A stretch of DNA of 63,297 nucleotides, counting the filler. It is 7 parts of 7 records of this genome, joined end to end, with 100 filler letters (N's around TTAATTAATTAA, not from the genome) between each part and the next. Parts side by side here need not be neighbours in the genome. Positions count along the whole stretch, not along the records: positions 1 to 13,709 come from SRR11831585_777; positions 13,810 to 27,804 come from SRR11831585_782; 5 more parts are not named here. One strand, written 5' to 3'. Each line of letters begins with the position of its first letter. The stretch's first letter is position 1. Below the pieces are notes generated by a model that saw only the letters and a program-made list of their open reading frames with translations, searched no databases and was not told the origin of the DNA. A program made the translations under genes and the position numbers. Shown piece by piece: positions 1-17,757 of the stretch.

Positions 1-29
1 TTTACTTTTTAAAGAGAACGGTATTATTT

Positions 30-410
30 TTAACTTTCAATAATTACCGTGGCACAAGCATAGTGCCGCTCATCTGCCAGCGTTACATGCATATTTGCAA
101 CGCCCAGCTTTTCCGCCAGTTTTAATGCCTCGCCCCATAGCCGTAGCCGTGGTTTGCCGAGCTCATCATTGAATACTTCAAATTGATTAAACGCCAGACC
201 ATTGCGGATCCCGGTGCCAAACGCTTTTGCTGCGGCTTCTTTCACAGCAAAACGCTTCGCCAGAAAACGCACCGGCTGGTGGTGCGTTTTCCAGATAGCC
301 CATTCGTTATCGCTTAATACGCGGCGTGCCAGGCGATCACCGGATCGGGCGATCACCGCTTCGATGCGAGCGATCTCCACAATATCCGTGCCTAAACCTA
401 ATATTGCCAT
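30..410 (-). CDS. acpS: holo-[acyl-carrier-protein] synthase
   Basis: 126 aa, GLGTDIVE and [11 protein letters not shown] motifs; directly downstream of pdxJ. Confidence 0.97.
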
Positions 411-1141
411 TAGCCACGCGCTTCCAGCATCAGACGCTTCATTTCTGCCACCGCATCTTTCAGTCCGGTCATCACTGCACGACCAATAATGGCATGACCG
501 ATATTCAGTTCATGCATCTCAGGGATGGCGGCAATGGCTTTCACGTTGTGATAGGTCAGACCGTGTCCGGCGTTAACTTTCAGACCGAGGCTTGCGGCAA
601 AGGTCGCGGCTTTGGCGATACGCGCCAGCTCTTGCGCCTGTTCGGCGTCAGTTTTGGCATCAGCATAGCAACCGGTGTGGATCTCGATAAACGGTGCGCC
701 AACCTCTGCCGCAGCTTTGATCTGCTCTTCATCGGCGTCAATAAACAGAGAAACCTGAATCCCGGCATCTGCCAGACGTTTGCAGGCATCGCGCATTTTG
801 TCACGCTGCCCTGCGACATCCAGGCCGCCTTCGGTTGTTACTTCCTGACGCTTTTCCGGTACCAGGCAGCAAAAATGTGGCTTCGTCTCAACGGCGATCG
901 CCAGCATCTCTTCGGTCACCGCCATCTCCAGATTCATGCGGGTATCCAGCGTCTGACGCAGGATGCGCACGTCGCGGTCAGTAATGTGACGGCGATCTTC
1001 ACGTAAATGCACGGTAATGCCGTCCGCTCCCGCCTGCTCGGCAATAAACGCGGCCTGCACCGGATCCGGGTAAGCGGTACCGCGCGCGTTGCGCAGCGTA
1101 GCGATATGGTCAATGTTGACGCCTAACAGTAATTCAGCCAT
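410..1141 (-). CDS. pdxJ: pyridoxine 5'-phosphate synthase
   Basis: [22 protein letters not shown]-terminus; start trimmed to ATG at 1141 (243 aa). Confidence 0.97.
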
Positions 1142-1152
1142 GACAATCCTCA

Positions 1153-1881
1153 TCATTCATAATGTGTTTTCACCGTTCGCTTAGGCATAAACTGCCGGAA
1201 CAGTTCCCTGCTCTTTAAAGGTTTACCGCCAAGATACGGCTTAAGCGCCATGCGGGTAAAGCGTTTCGCGGCGCGCAGTGTGTCTGCGTCAGGAAATTCC
1301 CGTGCGTTTAACGCTTTTAACTGCCTTCCGGTGAACGTTTTATTGTCGATAACGACGCTTGCGATAAACCCTTTTTCTTCGCGATAACGATACGTCATGG
1401 TGTCATCTACCGGCTCGCCGCTACCCGCACAATGGGTAAAATTGACGCCATAACCCAGATGCCCGAGCAGTGCCAGTTCAAAGCGGCGCAGCGCGGGTTC
1501 TGGCGTACCAGTGACCCCTGCAAGAGACTGAATGCAGTGCAAGTAATCGAAAAAAAGTTCAGAGAAGCGCGTCTCGTATTCCAGTACGCGGGAGAGAAGT
1601 TCGTTGATGTACAGACCGCTGTAAAGCGTGATACCGCTTAATGGCAGCGCCAGCGAGACGGCTTCAGCACTGCGCAGCGTTTTGACTTCGCCACGCCCGC
1701 CAAAACGTAGCAAGAGAGGGGTGAAAGGCTGTAATGCACCTTTCAGGGTAGAGCGTTTAGAGCGTGCGCCTTTGGCAACCAGACGCACGCGCCCCGATTC
1801 CTCCGTGAAGACGTCCAGCATCAGGCTGGTTTCGCTCCACGGGCGACTATGCAGGACAAATGCGCGCTGCCAGCCTTCCAT
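1153..1881 (-). CDS. recO: DNA repair protein RecO
   Basis: 242 aa [20 protein letters not shown]; rnc-era-recO-pdxJ-acpS synteny. Confidence 0.97.
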   Translation of the reverse strand: MEGWQRAFVLHSRPWSETSLMLDVFTEESGRVRLVAKGARSKRSTLKGALQPFTPLLLRFGGRGEVKTLRSAEAVSLALPLSGITLYSGLYINELLSRVLEYETRFSELFFDYLHCIQSLAGVTGTPEPALRRFELALLGHLGYGVNFTHCAGSGEPVDDTMTYRYREEKGFIASVVIDNKTFTGRQLKALNAREFPDADTLRAAKRFTRMALKPYLGGKPLKSRELFRQFMPKRTVKTHYE

Positions 1882-1892
1882 CGGAGTTACTC

Positions 1893-3505
<1,613 letters not shown>

Positions 3506-3508
3506 TCA

Positions 3509-3602
3509 GCACACGAAACAGACCTGATATACATGGTTCTGCTAACTGCTTCGCTGCAGTTTCAGTTTACCGGTATATGGGGACCAACGCTGTTTCGTGT
3601 GC
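3509..3602 (-). promoter_or_regulatory. rncO-type autoregulatory stem-loop in the rnc 5' UTR
   Basis: 13-bp inverted repeat GCACACGAAACAG (3509-3521) / CTGTTTCGTGTGC (3590-3602) just upstream of rnc; RNase III is known to autoregulate via a leader stem. Confidence 0.75.
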
Positions 3603-3701
3603 CGTGGCAACCTGGAGGTGCCAACCTTAAACTTCGGGGGAATATTCTATACACAACGACGGGGGATGTCGTTAGCCACGGGAGATTTATCTCATAAATA
3701 A

Positions 3702-3734
3702 TTCACGTTGTCGCCATAACGGCGACAACGTGAA
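3702..3734 (-). terminator. hairpin downstream of lepB, probable terminator
   Basis: perfect 14-bp stem TTCACGTTGTCGCC / GGCGACAACGTGAA with 5-nt loop, just past the lepB stop. Confidence 0.7.
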
Positions 3735-3746
3735 CGAAGATGGCTA

Positions 3747-4721
3747 TTAATGGATGCCGCCAATGCGACTTAAGCGCAGACCAGTCGGCCATTCGCCTTC
3801 TTGCTTATCGAAGCTCATCCAGATAGCCGTTGCCCGACCGACCAGATTCGCTTCCGGCACAAAGCCCCAGTAACGGCTGTCCGCGCTGTTGTCGCGGTTG
3901 TCGCCCATCATGAAGTATTGTCCCGGAGGAACAATCCAGGTTGCCAGTTGTTGCCCTGGCTGCTGGTAATACATCCCCACCTGATCCTGCGCAATCGGCA
4001 CTGTCAGAATGCGGTGCGTCACATCACCCAGTGTCTCTTTACGCTCGGAAAGACGAATTCCATTTTCTTTGGTTTCGTTTTTCGGCACTTCAAAGAATCC
4101 GCTGGTCGCTTCCCCACCATTACGGCGTGAGAAGGTCTGAACGAAATCGCTCGGTTCCACGTTTGAGTAGGTGACCGGCAGCGCGTTTTCACACGCCTGG
4201 CCGGAACTGCATCCCGGTTGAATCGTCAGCTCTTTTGAGACCGGATCGTAAGTGACTTTATCGCCCGGTAAACCCACCGCGCGCTTGATGTAATCAAGCT
4301 TTGGATCTTCCGGATATTTAAAGACCACGATATCGCCGCGTTTCGGATGACCGGTTTCGATCAGCGTTTTCTGGTAGATAGGATCTTTAATGCCATAAGC
4401 AAACTTCTCTACCAGAATAAAATCACCAATTAACAGAGTCGGCATCATCGAACCTGACGGGATCTGGAACGGTTCATAAATAAACGAACGCACAATCAAT
4501 ACGATAGCCAGTACCGGAAAAACAGAAGCACCGGTTTCCAGCCAGCCAGGCTTCGGCGCAACCTTTTTCAACGTTGCTTTATCCAGTGAGTCCCCGGCAG
4601 CCGCCTGCGCCGCTGCCTGACGTTCCCGCCGTTTAGGTGCGAAAAAGAATTTATCCACGCACCATAAAATGCCCGTCACCAGTGTGGCAATCACCAGAAT
4701 CAGGGCAAACATATTCGCCAT
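3747..4721 (-). CDS. lepB: signal peptidase I
   Basis: PSGSMMPTL catalytic Ser box, YIKRAVG Lys, GDNRDNSADSR. Confidence 0.98.
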   Translation of the reverse strand: MANMFALILVIATLVTGILWCVDKFFFAPKRRERQAAAQAAAGDSLDKATLKKVAPKPGWLETGASVFPVLAIVLIVRSFIYEPFQIPSGSMMPTLLIGDFILVEKFAYGIKDPIYQKTLIETGHPKRGDIVVFKYPEDPKLDYIKRAVGLPGDKVTYDPVSKELTIQPGCSSGQACENALPVTYSNVEPSDFVQTFSRRNGGEATSGFFEVPKNETKENGIRLSERKETLGDVTHRILTVPIAQDQVGMYYQQPGQQLATWIVPPGQYFMMGDNRDNSADSRYWGFVPEANLVGRATAIWMSFDKQEGEWPTGLRLSRIGGIH

Positions 4722-4736
4722 GCCAACTCCTAAGGG

Positions 4737-6536
<1,800 letters not shown>

Positions 6537-6733
6537 AAAGTATGATTATTGTGCCTTAATGCCCGGTTAACCAGGCTTTTAGAAGTCGCTGTTCTGAGCT
6601 TAACGTCTGTATTAATAGAAACGCCGCATTCTACACTACAACATTGAGGCGAGGAAATGTTCATACCGTATGGATTGTGGTATCTGGAAACGTCCTCGCA
6701 TTTGTTATGCAAAATGCAACAAAGCCAGTGAAA

Positions 6734-7213
6734 TCACTGGCTCGCGTCTTCCGAAGATGTTTCAAATCGCACAAGGCCAGGCGGCAATGCCACGCTTAAG
6801 ATGATCGGTTGCCATTCTGCCCGGGCAGCAAACTTACGCGAGTAGCCGCGCGCAATCAGGAACCCGCCAATACCACCGAGGATCGCACCACATAATGCTG
6901 CGACGTCAGAAGCAAAGAGTAGCTGAAATAGCGAAGCGATAAGGAATAATCCCACCAGCGGCGACATATAAACCAGTAATGCGGAGCTAAGCAGGCTGCC
7001 TTCGGCGATCCCCAATTCCACTTTTTGCCCCGGCACTAACGGCTCATCACAGGGTACGACAATGGTATGCGTGGTTTGCGGGCCAAGTTTATTTAACACG
7101 CGGCTACCGCAACCGGCGCGTGAAGCGCAGCTGCTGCATGAAGCTTTAACATCACAACTGACCAGCGCCTGCCCGTTTTGCCAGGAGACGACGGTAGCCC
7201 ACTCTTTGATCAT
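6734..7213 (-). CDS. rseC: RseC (SoxR reducing system protein)
   Basis: 159 aa, Cys cluster CSSCASRAGC, two TM segments; last gene of rpoE operon. Confidence 0.95.
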   Translation of the reverse strand: MIKEWATVVSWQNGQALVSCDVKASCSSCASRAGCGSRVLNKLGPQTTHTIVVPCDEPLVPGQKVELGIAEGSLLSSALLVYMSPLVGLFLIASLFQLLFASDVAALCGAILGGIGGFLIARGYSRKFAARAEWQPIILSVALPPGLVRFETSSEDASQ

Positions 7214-8166
7214 TGCGCTGCCCCGAACTTAATATTCTCGGCAATGCGTTTCGCCGTTTGCGGCGGCAGTTCACCGACAATGGTGATTTCGGCGTTATCA
7301 CGTACGCTTGTACTGACGGTTCTGCGTCCGGTGCGCAACATCTGATCGGTGCTCGATGGCGTAGCGCGGTTAACGTTTACCGAGAAGCTGAATAATCCGT
7401 CGGAATAGAGACGTGATTCGATAGGCATGTTGTCCATCGTCGGTAGCGGACGTCGACTACTGGAAACTTCGCTAAAACCCTGTGGCAACCAGGTTGGCGT
7501 CCAGCTGAATTTAGCTTTTTCACCTACAGGAACAGAAAGCAACGGCGGCAAATTTGCCTTCGCCAGCGTCTGCATACTGCTGCTGATATCCTGATTGACG
7601 TTAAAAGCAATCACGCGAAATTGTTCCAGCGTTTCACCATCGCGATCAAGGAGATCAACCCGCATCGGTAATTTCGATTCGGTGTCCATCCACACGATGT
7701 AGCTGTAGCGTGTACCATCTCGGGCAACCACGCGAATGACTTCGCAAAGACGATCAGCAATACGCGTGCGCCCGACGGAGATAAAGTCGTAGTAAGGAGA
7801 AAGGCGTTTGAAATCGGTATAGATAAGCGATGGCAGAGAATCAACAATGTAATCGCCATTAAGCGTGAACGGTTCAAGTCCCGGTTCAAAATAGCTGATT
7901 TCATTGCCGCGCTGTACCACTTCCCGGCGCGGGCCATCCATTTGCAACAATTGTGCAAGAGGACGGTTATCGAGGCGTGCATGTCGATAACGCAGAGACT
8001 CAACACCCTGTTTATTGATGCTGATGAATGACAGCTCGTAATTCAGTGACTGACTGGCCAGGTTCATCTGCTGTAATAACGCCCCGGACGCGGGAGTGGC
8101 CGAGGCGTTAGCAGAGAATAACAGGCTACCTGTCACTAATGACATGGCAAACCAAAGTTGCTTCAT
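7210..8166 (-). CDS. rseB: sigma-E regulator RseB (periplasmic)
   Basis: 318 aa with signal peptide; MucB/RseB-type sequence; synteny. Confidence 0.96.
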   Translation of the reverse strand: MKQLWFAMSLVTGSLLFSANASATPASGALLQQMNLASQSLNYELSFISINKQGVESLRYRHARLDNRPLAQLLQMDGPRREVVQRGNEISYFEPGLEPFTLNGDYIVDSLPSLIYTDFKRLSPYYDFISVGRTRIADRLCEVIRVVARDGTRYSYIVWMDTESKLPMRVDLLDRDGETLEQFRVIAFNVNQDISSSMQTLAKANLPPLLSVPVGEKAKFSWTPTWLPQGFSEVSSSRRPLPTMDNMPIESRLYSDGLFSFSVNVNRATPSSTDQMLRTGRRTVSTSVRDNAEITIVGELPPQTAKRIAENIKFGAAQ

Positions 8167-8816
8167 TACTGCGATTGCGTTCCTAAAGTTTGAATTCCTG
8201 GCACCTGTACAGCGGCTTGCTGGGTTTGCGCCTGCTCAAACTGAAGCTGTTCAGAGTGGAGTCGGCGTTGCAGTTCGTAATCCTGCAACATTGCATTAAT
8301 GCGACGACGCTGCTCCTGTACCTGCTGCTGTTGACCATTGTTTGCGGTCGCTTCAGAAGGTACTCCCAGGCTTACCGGGCTGGCTTTACCCATCATCGGC
8401 AGTGTATTAAATACCGGCGTTTCGGGCTGCTGGGACGTTTCAGATTGTCCATTATAGTGCTGGACGCCAACGATAACTGCAAGCGATACGCATGCGGCTA
8501 CGCCCATTTGGGTAAGCTGTGCCGCCCACGGACGTACTTTCTGCCAGAATGGCATTTTCTGCCATTGATGCGGCGCAGGCTGGGCTTCCGGGATCAATGT
8601 CGCCGGTTGACGTACTGGCTCTTCTTCAATGGCGGCCATCACGCGTGAAGAGATATCGAAATGGAGCACCTCGGGAGTATCACCCCGCATTGAGTCACGG
8701 ATTAAGTGATAGCTTTCCCAGGTTTTCTGCATTTCTGGGTTATGAGCCAGTTCGTTAAGCAGCTCACTATCCAGCGTTTCGCCATCCATTAAAGCGGAAA
8801 GTTGTTCTTTCTGCAT
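8166..8816 (-). CDS. rseA: anti-sigma-E factor RseA
   Basis: MQKEQLSALMDGE start (216 aa), single TM, Gln-rich periplasmic tail. Confidence 0.96.
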   Translation of the reverse strand: MQKEQLSALMDGETLDSELLNELAHNPEMQKTWESYHLIRDSMRGDTPEVLHFDISSRVMAAIEEEPVRQPATLIPEAQPAPHQWQKMPFWQKVRPWAAQLTQMGVAACVSLAVIVGVQHYNGQSETSQQPETPVFNTLPMMGKASPVSLGVPSEATANNGQQQQVQEQRRRINAMLQDYELQRRLHSEQLQFEQAQTQQAAVQVPGIQTLGTQSQ

Positions 8817-8848
8817 GCCTAATACCCTTATCCAGTATCCCGCTATCG

Positions 8849-9424
8849 TCAACGCCTGATAAGCGGTTGAACTTTGTTATCAATAGCTTCCCTCGCTCGG
8901 AAGATACGTGAACGCACCGTACCTACCGGACAATCCATGATAGCGGCTATCTCTTCATAGCTCAGGCCATCCAGCTCCCGCAAGGTTATTGCCATGCGTA
9001 AATCTTCCGGGAGGGACTCAATAGTTCGGAAAACTATCTGTCTCAGTTCTTCTGACAACATTAAGTTCTCAGGGTTCGAAATTTCTTTCAACGCGCCGCC
9101 ACTTTCGAAGTTTTCAGCTTCAATGGCATCCACATCACTGGAAGGTGGACGACGCCCCTGAGCAACCAGGTAATTTTTCGCTGTATTTACAGCAATCCGA
9201 TACAGCCATGTATAAAAAGCGCTATCTCCCCGGAACGAATCCAGCGCACGATAGGCTTTAATAAAAGCTTCTTGTACCACATCGGGAACATCACCCGACG
9301 GCACATAGCGGGAAACCAGACTCGCCACTTTATGCTGATAGCGCACTACCAGTAAGTTAAAGGCTTTCTGATCTCCCTTCTGGACCCGTTCAACCAGGAC
9401 CTGGTCCGTTAACTGCTCGCTCAT
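8849..9424 (-). CDS. rpoE: RNA polymerase sigma factor RpoE
   Basis: MSEQLTDQVLVERVQKGD start (191 aa); ECF sigma motifs FYTWLYRIA and GTVRSRIFRAR. Confidence 0.98.
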   Translation of the reverse strand: MSEQLTDQVLVERVQKGDQKAFNLLVVRYQHKVASLVSRYVPSGDVPDVVQEAFIKAYRALDSFRGDSAFYTWLYRIAVNTAKNYLVAQGRRPPSSDVDAIEAENFESGGALKEISNPENLMLSEELRQIVFRTIESLPEDLRMAITLRELDGLSYEEIAAIMDCPVGTVRSRIFRAREAIDNKVQPLIRR

Positions 9425-9576
9425 CCGAGGTAAAGTCTCCCCAAACCAAATTTCCACGCGCTATCGAAACGCCACTCCATTAGCTGCAATTTGAGCAAGC
9501 AAAGGGTTAGAGTGTCTCGTTTTTGTAAAGTTCCGTAACGCATCTGTTTTTGTTTGTCATGCTGTAGACGGATCAT
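9421..9576 (-). CDS. rseD: rpoE leader peptide RseD (51 aa)
   Basis: hand-translated ORF MIRLQHDKQKQMRYGTLQKR...GRLYLG; TGA overlaps the rpoE ATG; below ORF-track cutoff. Confidence 0.75.
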   Translation of the reverse strand: MIRLQHDKQKQMRYGTLQKRDTLTLCLLKLQLMEWRFDSAWKFGLGRLYLG

Positions 9577-9822
9577 TATCTATCATTATAAGTCTACAGA
9601 ATCTGAACATCGCATTATCTGTGTAGAAATGCCCATTTAACTGCCTGAAGAGTAACCCAACGGCCTTTTTATTTCACCACCTAATCCTCCACCAGCCAGT
9701 AACTTCTCTTTTTCTCGCCGCCCTGCGTCAGCGTGTTTAGCAACTGTAACAAATATTAAAATAGCAGGTGTTTATCCGCACAACATGATGCTATGCTGAC
9801 CAAACCATGTTTAGTAAATTAA

Positions 9823-12176
<2,354 letters not shown>

Positions 12177-12307
12177 GAAAATAAAACCTTGCAGGAAAAA
12201 CGGCGATAGCACCGGGTGAGAACAATACCCGAGAAGCGATATCCATACAAACAGATGAAGATTGCAGCCGTAACGTCTATAATCAGCGCCCCACACAGAG
12301 GTAGAAC

Positions 12308-13642
12308 ATGACTGTAACGACTTTTTCCGAACTTGAACTCGACGAAAGCCTGCTGGAAGCCCTCCAGGATAAAGGTTTCACTCGCCCGACCGCCATTCAG
12401 GCTGCCGCCATTCCGCCTGCGCTCGATGGCCGTGATGTACTCGGTTCTGCGCCGACAGGCACCGGTAAAACGGCGGCGTATCTGCTGCCAGCGTTGCAGC
12501 ACCTGCTCGATTTCCCGCGTAAGAAATCCGGTCCGCCGCGTATTTTGATCCTCACCCCAACTCGCGAGCTGGCGATGCAGGTGTCCGATCATGCCCGCGA
12601 ACTGGCGAAACATACGCATCTGGATATCGCCACCATCACCGGCGGCGTAGCCTATATGAACCACGCGGAAGTGTTCAGCGAAAATCAGGACATCGTGGTC
12701 GCCACGACCGGACGTCTGCTGCAATACATAAAAGAAGAGAACTTCGATTGCCGCGCGGTTGAAACGCTGATCCTCGACGAAGCAGACCGTATGCTGGATA
12801 TGGGCTTCGCTCAGGATATCGAACATATTGCTGGCGAAACGCGCTGGCGTAAACAGACCCTGCTCTTTTCGGCAACGCTGGAAGGCGATGCGATTCAGGA
12901 CTTTGCCGAGCGTCTGCTGGAAGATCCGGTGGAAGTTTCTGCCAATCCCTCCACCCGTGAGCGCAAAAAAATTCATCAGTGGTATTACCGCGCCGATGAT
13001 CTTGAGCATAAAACCGCGTTGCTGGTGCATCTGTTAAAACAGCCGGAAGCGACCCGCTCAATTGTGTTTGTGCGTAAGCGTGAGCGTGTGCATGAGCTGG
13101 CAAACTGGCTGCGCGAAGCGGGCATCAACAACTGCTATCTCGAAGGTGAGATGGTACAGGGCAAGCGTAACGAAGCGATCAAGCGTTTGACCGAAGGTCG
13201 CGTAAACGTACTGGTCGCAACCGATGTTGCCGCGCGCGGTATCGACATTCCTGACGTCAGCCACGTCTTTAACTTCGATATGCCGCGCAGTGGCGATACT
13301 TATTTGCACCGTATCGGACGTACCGCGCGCGCCGGTCGTAAAGGCACCGCAATTTCGCTGGTGGAAGCCCATGACCATCTGCTGCTGGGTAAAGTAGGCC
13401 GCTATATTGAAGAGCCAATTAAAGCTCGCGTTATTGATGAGTTACGCCCGAAAACGCGTGCGCCAAGCGAAAAGCAGACCGGCAAGCCATCGAAGAAAGT
13501 ACTGGCTAAACGTGCTGAGAAGAAAAAAGCTAAAGAGAAAGAGAAGCCGCGGGTGAAAAAACGCCATCGCGACACCAAAAATATTGGTAAGCGCCGTAAA
13601 CCAAGCGGAACGGGCGTGCCACCGCAAACGACAGAAGAGTAA
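12308..13642 (+). CDS. srmB: DEAD-box RNA helicase SrmB
   Basis: [29 protein letters not shown]; basic C-terminal tail. Confidence 0.97.
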
Positions 13643-13646
13643 TCTC

Positions 13647-13670
13647 AATGCCAGGTTTAAGCCTGGTATT
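13647..13670 (+). terminator. hairpin after srmB
   Basis: AATGCCAGG-tttaag-CCTGGTATT inverted repeat. Confidence 0.6.
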
Positions 13671-13693
13671 AAAAGTGCTGGCAAACGCAAAAC

Positions 13694-13709
13694 TGCCTGA
13701 TGCGCTACG
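13694..13709. repeat. truncated REP at contig end
   Basis: TGCCTGATGCGCTACG matches the REP consensus half. Confidence 0.75.
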
Positions 13710-13809
13710 NNNNNNNNNNNNNNNNNNNNNNNNNNNNNNNNNNNNNNNNNNNNTTAATTAATTAANNNNNNNNNNNNNNNNNNNNNNNNNNNNNNNNNNN
13801 NNNNNNNNN
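13710..13809. other. artificial contig linker 1
   Basis: N44-TTAATTAATTAA-N44; stops in all six frames. Confidence 0.99.
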
Positions 13810-13894
13810 CACCAGCGAGCGGGGCGGGCTTTCCATTCGCGCCTGGCTGCCAGTGCCGGTAACGCGGGCGCAGGGCACGACAAAAGAAGGGTAA
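13810..13894 (+). CDS. envZ: EnvZ sensor kinase, 3' fragment
   Basis: reads TSERGGLSIRAWLPVPVTRAQGTTKEG*; convergent with pck as in E. coli. Confidence 0.88.
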
Positions 13895-13896
13895 AT

Positions 13897-13925
13897 AAAC
13901 GGGAGGCGAAGGTGCCTCCCGTTTT
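13897..13925. terminator. probable bidirectional terminator between envZ and pck
   Basis: AAACGGGAGGC-gaaggt-GCCTCCCGTTTT. Confidence 0.8.
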
Positions 13926-13969
13926 GCTTTCTATAAGATACTGGATAGATATTCTCCAGCTTCAAATCA

Positions 13970-15592
13970 TTACAGTTTCGGACCAGCCGCTACCAGCGCG
14001 GCACCCGCAGGGGTGTCGGTGTATTTATCGAAGTTGTCGATAAACAGTTTCGCCAGGGTTTCGGCTTTTTCCTGCCACTGTTCCGGAGAAGCGTAGGTGT
14101 TACGCGGATCGAGAATCTTCGTGTCTACGCCCGGCAGTTCGGTTGGGATCGCCAGGTTAAACATCGGCAGAGTGAAGGTTTCTGCATTATCCAGCGAACC
14201 GTTGAGGATGGCGTCGATAATGGCGCGGGTATCTTTAATCGAGATACGTTTGCCAGTGCCGTTCCAGCCAGTGTTAACCAGATAAGCCTGCGCGCCCGCC
14301 GCCTGCATACGTTTCACCAGCACTTCTGCGTACTGAGTCGGGTGCAGCGACAGGAATGCCGCGCCGAAGCAAGCGGAGAAGGTTGGCGTCGGTTCGGTGA
14401 TGCCACGCTCAGTACCGGCCAGTTTGGCGGTGAAGCCAGAGAGGAAGTGATACTGGGTTTGATCGGCAGTCAGGCGAGAAACCGGCGGCAACACGCCGAA
14501 AGCATCAGCAGTCAGGAAGATAACCTTAGTCGCGTGGCCCGCTTTGGAAACCGGCTTAACAATGTTATCGATGTGATAGATCGGATAAGAAACGCGGGTG
14601 TTCTCGGTTTTTGAACCATCATCAAAGTCGATAGTGCCATCTTCACGCACGGTGACGTTTTCCAGCAACGCATCACGACGGATAGCGTTGTAGATTTCAG
14701 GTTCCGCTTCTTTCGACAGCTTGATAGTTTTTGCGTAGCAGCCGCCTTCGAAGTTAAACACGCCGTCATCGTCCCAGCCGTGTTCGTCATCGCCAATCAG
14801 GCGACGTTTCGGGTCGGTGGAAAGGGTGGTTTTACCGGTGCCGGAAAGGCCGAAGAACACCGCAACATCGCCTTTCTCACCAACGTTGGCGGAGCAGTGC
14901 ATAGAAGCGATACCTTTCAGCGGCAGCAGGTAGTTCATCATCGAGAACATCCCTTTCTTCATTTCGCCGCCGTACCAGGTGCCGCCAATCAGCTGCATGC
15001 GCTCGGTCAGGTTAAACGCCACGAAGTTTTCGGAGTTGAGACCCTGTTCTTTCCACTGCGGGTTAGTGCACTTCGCGCCGTTCATAACGATAAAGTCTGG
15101 TTTGAAACCTGCCAGTTCTTCATCGCTCGGGCGAATAAACATGTTTTTGACAAAATGCGCCTGCCAGGCCACTTCGGTGATGAAACGGACGGAAAGACGA
15201 GTATCCGGGTTCGCACCACAGAAAGCGTCGACAACGAACAGACGTTTGCCGGAAAGCTGCCTGGTCACCAGGCCTTTCAGATGCTGCCAGGTTTCCGGAG
15301 AGAGAGGTTTGTTGTCGTTCTTACCTTTGCCTTTGTCTGCCCACCAGAAAGTATCGCGAGTGGTATCGTCACGGACGATATACTTATCTTTTGGTGAACG
15401 ACCGGTGAAGATCCCGGTATCGACGGCAACGGCACCCAGATTAGTTAACACCCCGCGCTCATAACCTGTCAGGCTCGGATCGAGCTCTTCCTGATACAGC
15501 AGGTCGTAGCTTGGGTTGTAAACGATATCATGTACGTCACTGATACCATAAGCCTCGAGTTCTTGCGGGGTCAAACCATTGTTAACGCGCAT
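13970..15592 (-). CDS. pck: phosphoenolpyruvate carboxykinase (ATP)
   Basis: GLSGTGKTT and LIGDDEHGW motifs; start MRVNNGL (540 aa). Confidence 0.98.
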   Translation of the reverse strand: MRVNNGLTPQELEAYGISDVHDIVYNPSYDLLYQEELDPSLTGYERGVLTNLGAVAVDTGIFTGRSPKDKYIVRDDTTRDTFWWADKGKGKNDNKPLSPETWQHLKGLVTRQLSGKRLFVVDAFCGANPDTRLSVRFITEVAWQAHFVKNMFIRPSDEELAGFKPDFIVMNGAKCTNPQWKEQGLNSENFVAFNLTERMQLIGGTWYGGEMKKGMFSMMNYLLPLKGIASMHCSANVGEKGDVAVFFGLSGTGKTTLSTDPKRRLIGDDEHGWDDDGVFNFEGGCYAKTIKLSKEAEPEIYNAIRRDALLENVTVREDGTIDFDDGSKTENTRVSYPIYHIDNIVKPVSKAGHATKVIFLTADAFGVLPPVSRLTADQTQYHFLSGFTAKLAGTERGITEPTPTFSACFGAAFLSLHPTQYAEVLVKRMQAAGAQAYLVNTGWNGTGKRISIKDTRAIIDAILNGSLDNAETFTLPMFNLAIPTELPGVDTKILDPRNTYASPEQWQEKAETLAKLFIDNFDKYTDTPAGAALVAAGPKL

Positions 15593-15970
15593 TTCACTGC
15601 TCCTTAGCCAATATGTATTGCCTGAATAGTAAAGTCTTTTTGGGGGTGTTAACCGCGACAAGGCTCATAGATTTACGTATCTGGAGAAATTCATATTTGA
15701 CAAAAAACTCCGTGATTCCTGTCACGAAACGGTTGCTATTATCGCAGAAATAGCATTTTAGGTGTGGAAAATGTTCTCAAAAGGTTAAATCTTGGTTTAT
15801 ATGGCGGGAATATTGTGAGTGGAATCGCATTCCTGAATGAAATTGATGCAAATTCAACCGGTAAAGTATCGATTCACCACGCTAACTTTTTTTGATTATT
15901 TTCTGAAAAAAGCAAAATACTACTGCCCGGATGCGATAATTAACCCACCTTTTGATTCTGGATAACCAAC

Positions 15971-17695
15971 ATGGATAACGTTGAACTTTCACCCGCAACA
16001 CGCTGGGGGATGATTGCTACCGGATTACTTCAGGGTCTGGTTTGCTACCTGCTGATCGCCTGGCTTTCCGGAAAAAATCACAGTTGGATTGTTTATGGCG
16101 TGCCTGCGACCGTCGCGTTTTCATCCGTTTTACTCTTCTCCGTGATCTCTTTTAAACAGAAGCGCCTTTGGGGATGGCTGGCGCTAGTGTTTATTGCCAC
16201 GCTGGGGATGAGCGGCTGGCTGAAGTGGCAAACTGATGGCATGAACCCCTGGAGAGCTGAAAAGGCGCTTTGGGATTTTGGTTGCTATCTGCTGTTGATG
16301 GCAATGTTGTTGCTACCGTGGATACAACAAAGCCTTCGCATCCGCAATGACAGTAGCCGCTATCGCTATTTTTACCAGTCAGTATGGCATAACGTACTTA
16401 TATTACTGGTGATTTTTCTCGCCAATGGCTTGACGTGGCTGGTGCTTTTACTGTGGAGTGAGTTGTTTAAACTTGTTGGCATCACGTTTTTCAATACGCT
16501 CTTTTTTGCAACCGACTGGTTTATTTATCTCACGTTAGGTCTGGTTACCGCGCTGGCGGTGATCCTCGCGCGAACACAGTCACGTTTAATCGACTCTATT
16601 CAAAAGTTGTTCACGTTAATCGCCACGGGGTTGCTGCCGTTAGTATCATTGCTAACCCTGATGTTTATCATCACCCTGCCGTTTACGGGCCTGAGCGCGA
16701 TTTCTCGCCACATCTCCGCCGCCGGGTTGCTGTTGACGCTGGCCTTTTTGCAATTGATCTTAATGGCTATTGTCCGCGATCCGCAAAAAGCGTCACTTCC
16801 CTGGACAGGGCCGTTGCGTTGCCTGATTAAAACCGCTTTGCTGGTTGCTCCGCTGTATGTGTTCGTCGCCGCCTGGGCGTTATGGCTGCGGGTCGCTCAG
16901 TACGGCTGGACTGTCGACCGCTTGCAGGGCGTGCTGGCGGTGCTGGTGTTACTGGTGTGGTCGCTGGGGTATTTTGTCAGCATCGTCTGGCGTAAAGGGC
17001 AAAATCCCGTTGTTCTTCAGGGCAAAGTGAACCTTGCGGTTTCGTTATTGGTGTTGGTGATACTGGTGCTTCTTAATTCGCCGGTGCTGGACAGTATGCG
17101 CATTAGCGTGAACAGCCATATGGCGCGTTATCAGAGCGGCAAAAACACGTCAGACCAGGTAACTATCTACATGCTCGAGCAGAGCGGTCGCTATGGACGT
17201 GCTGCGCTTGAGTCGCTGAAAAGCGATGCCGGGTTTATGAAAGACCCGAAACGCGCGCGGGATCTGCTGATGGCGTTAGATGGAGAGCAACATCTTCAGC
17301 AACAGGTATCGGAAAAAGTATTAGCCGATAATGTGTTAATTGCCCCTGGTTCTGTTAAACCTGATGCGACATTCTGGTCGGCCTTAATCCAGGATCGCTA
17401 TAACGTGATGACCTGTATTGAAAAAGACGCCTGCGTCCTGGTCGAGCAAGATCTGAATAGTGATGGTCAGGCGGAGCGGATCCTGTTTGCTTTTAATGAT
17501 GACAGAGTCATTGTCTATGGCTTTGACTCAGACAGAAAAGAATGGGACGCGCTTGATATGAGTTTACTTCCGAACGAAATAACGAAAGAAAAATTACTCA
17601 CAGCTGCGAAGGATGGAAAACTGGGGACGAAGCCTAAAGCGTGGCGCGATCTTGTAGTGGATGGTGAAAGGCTGAATGTGAATCTGAATGAGTGA
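15971..17695 (+). CDS. yhgE: DUF4153-type multi-pass inner membrane protein YhgE
   Basis: 574 aa, many TM segments, [12 protein letters not shown]; lies between pck and hslO. Confidence 0.88.
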
Positions 17696-17757
17696 CAAAG
17701 CGCATCAGGTGTATTAGTCGTAAAATCCGGCAGAGCCCTCTCTGCCGGACATACTCA

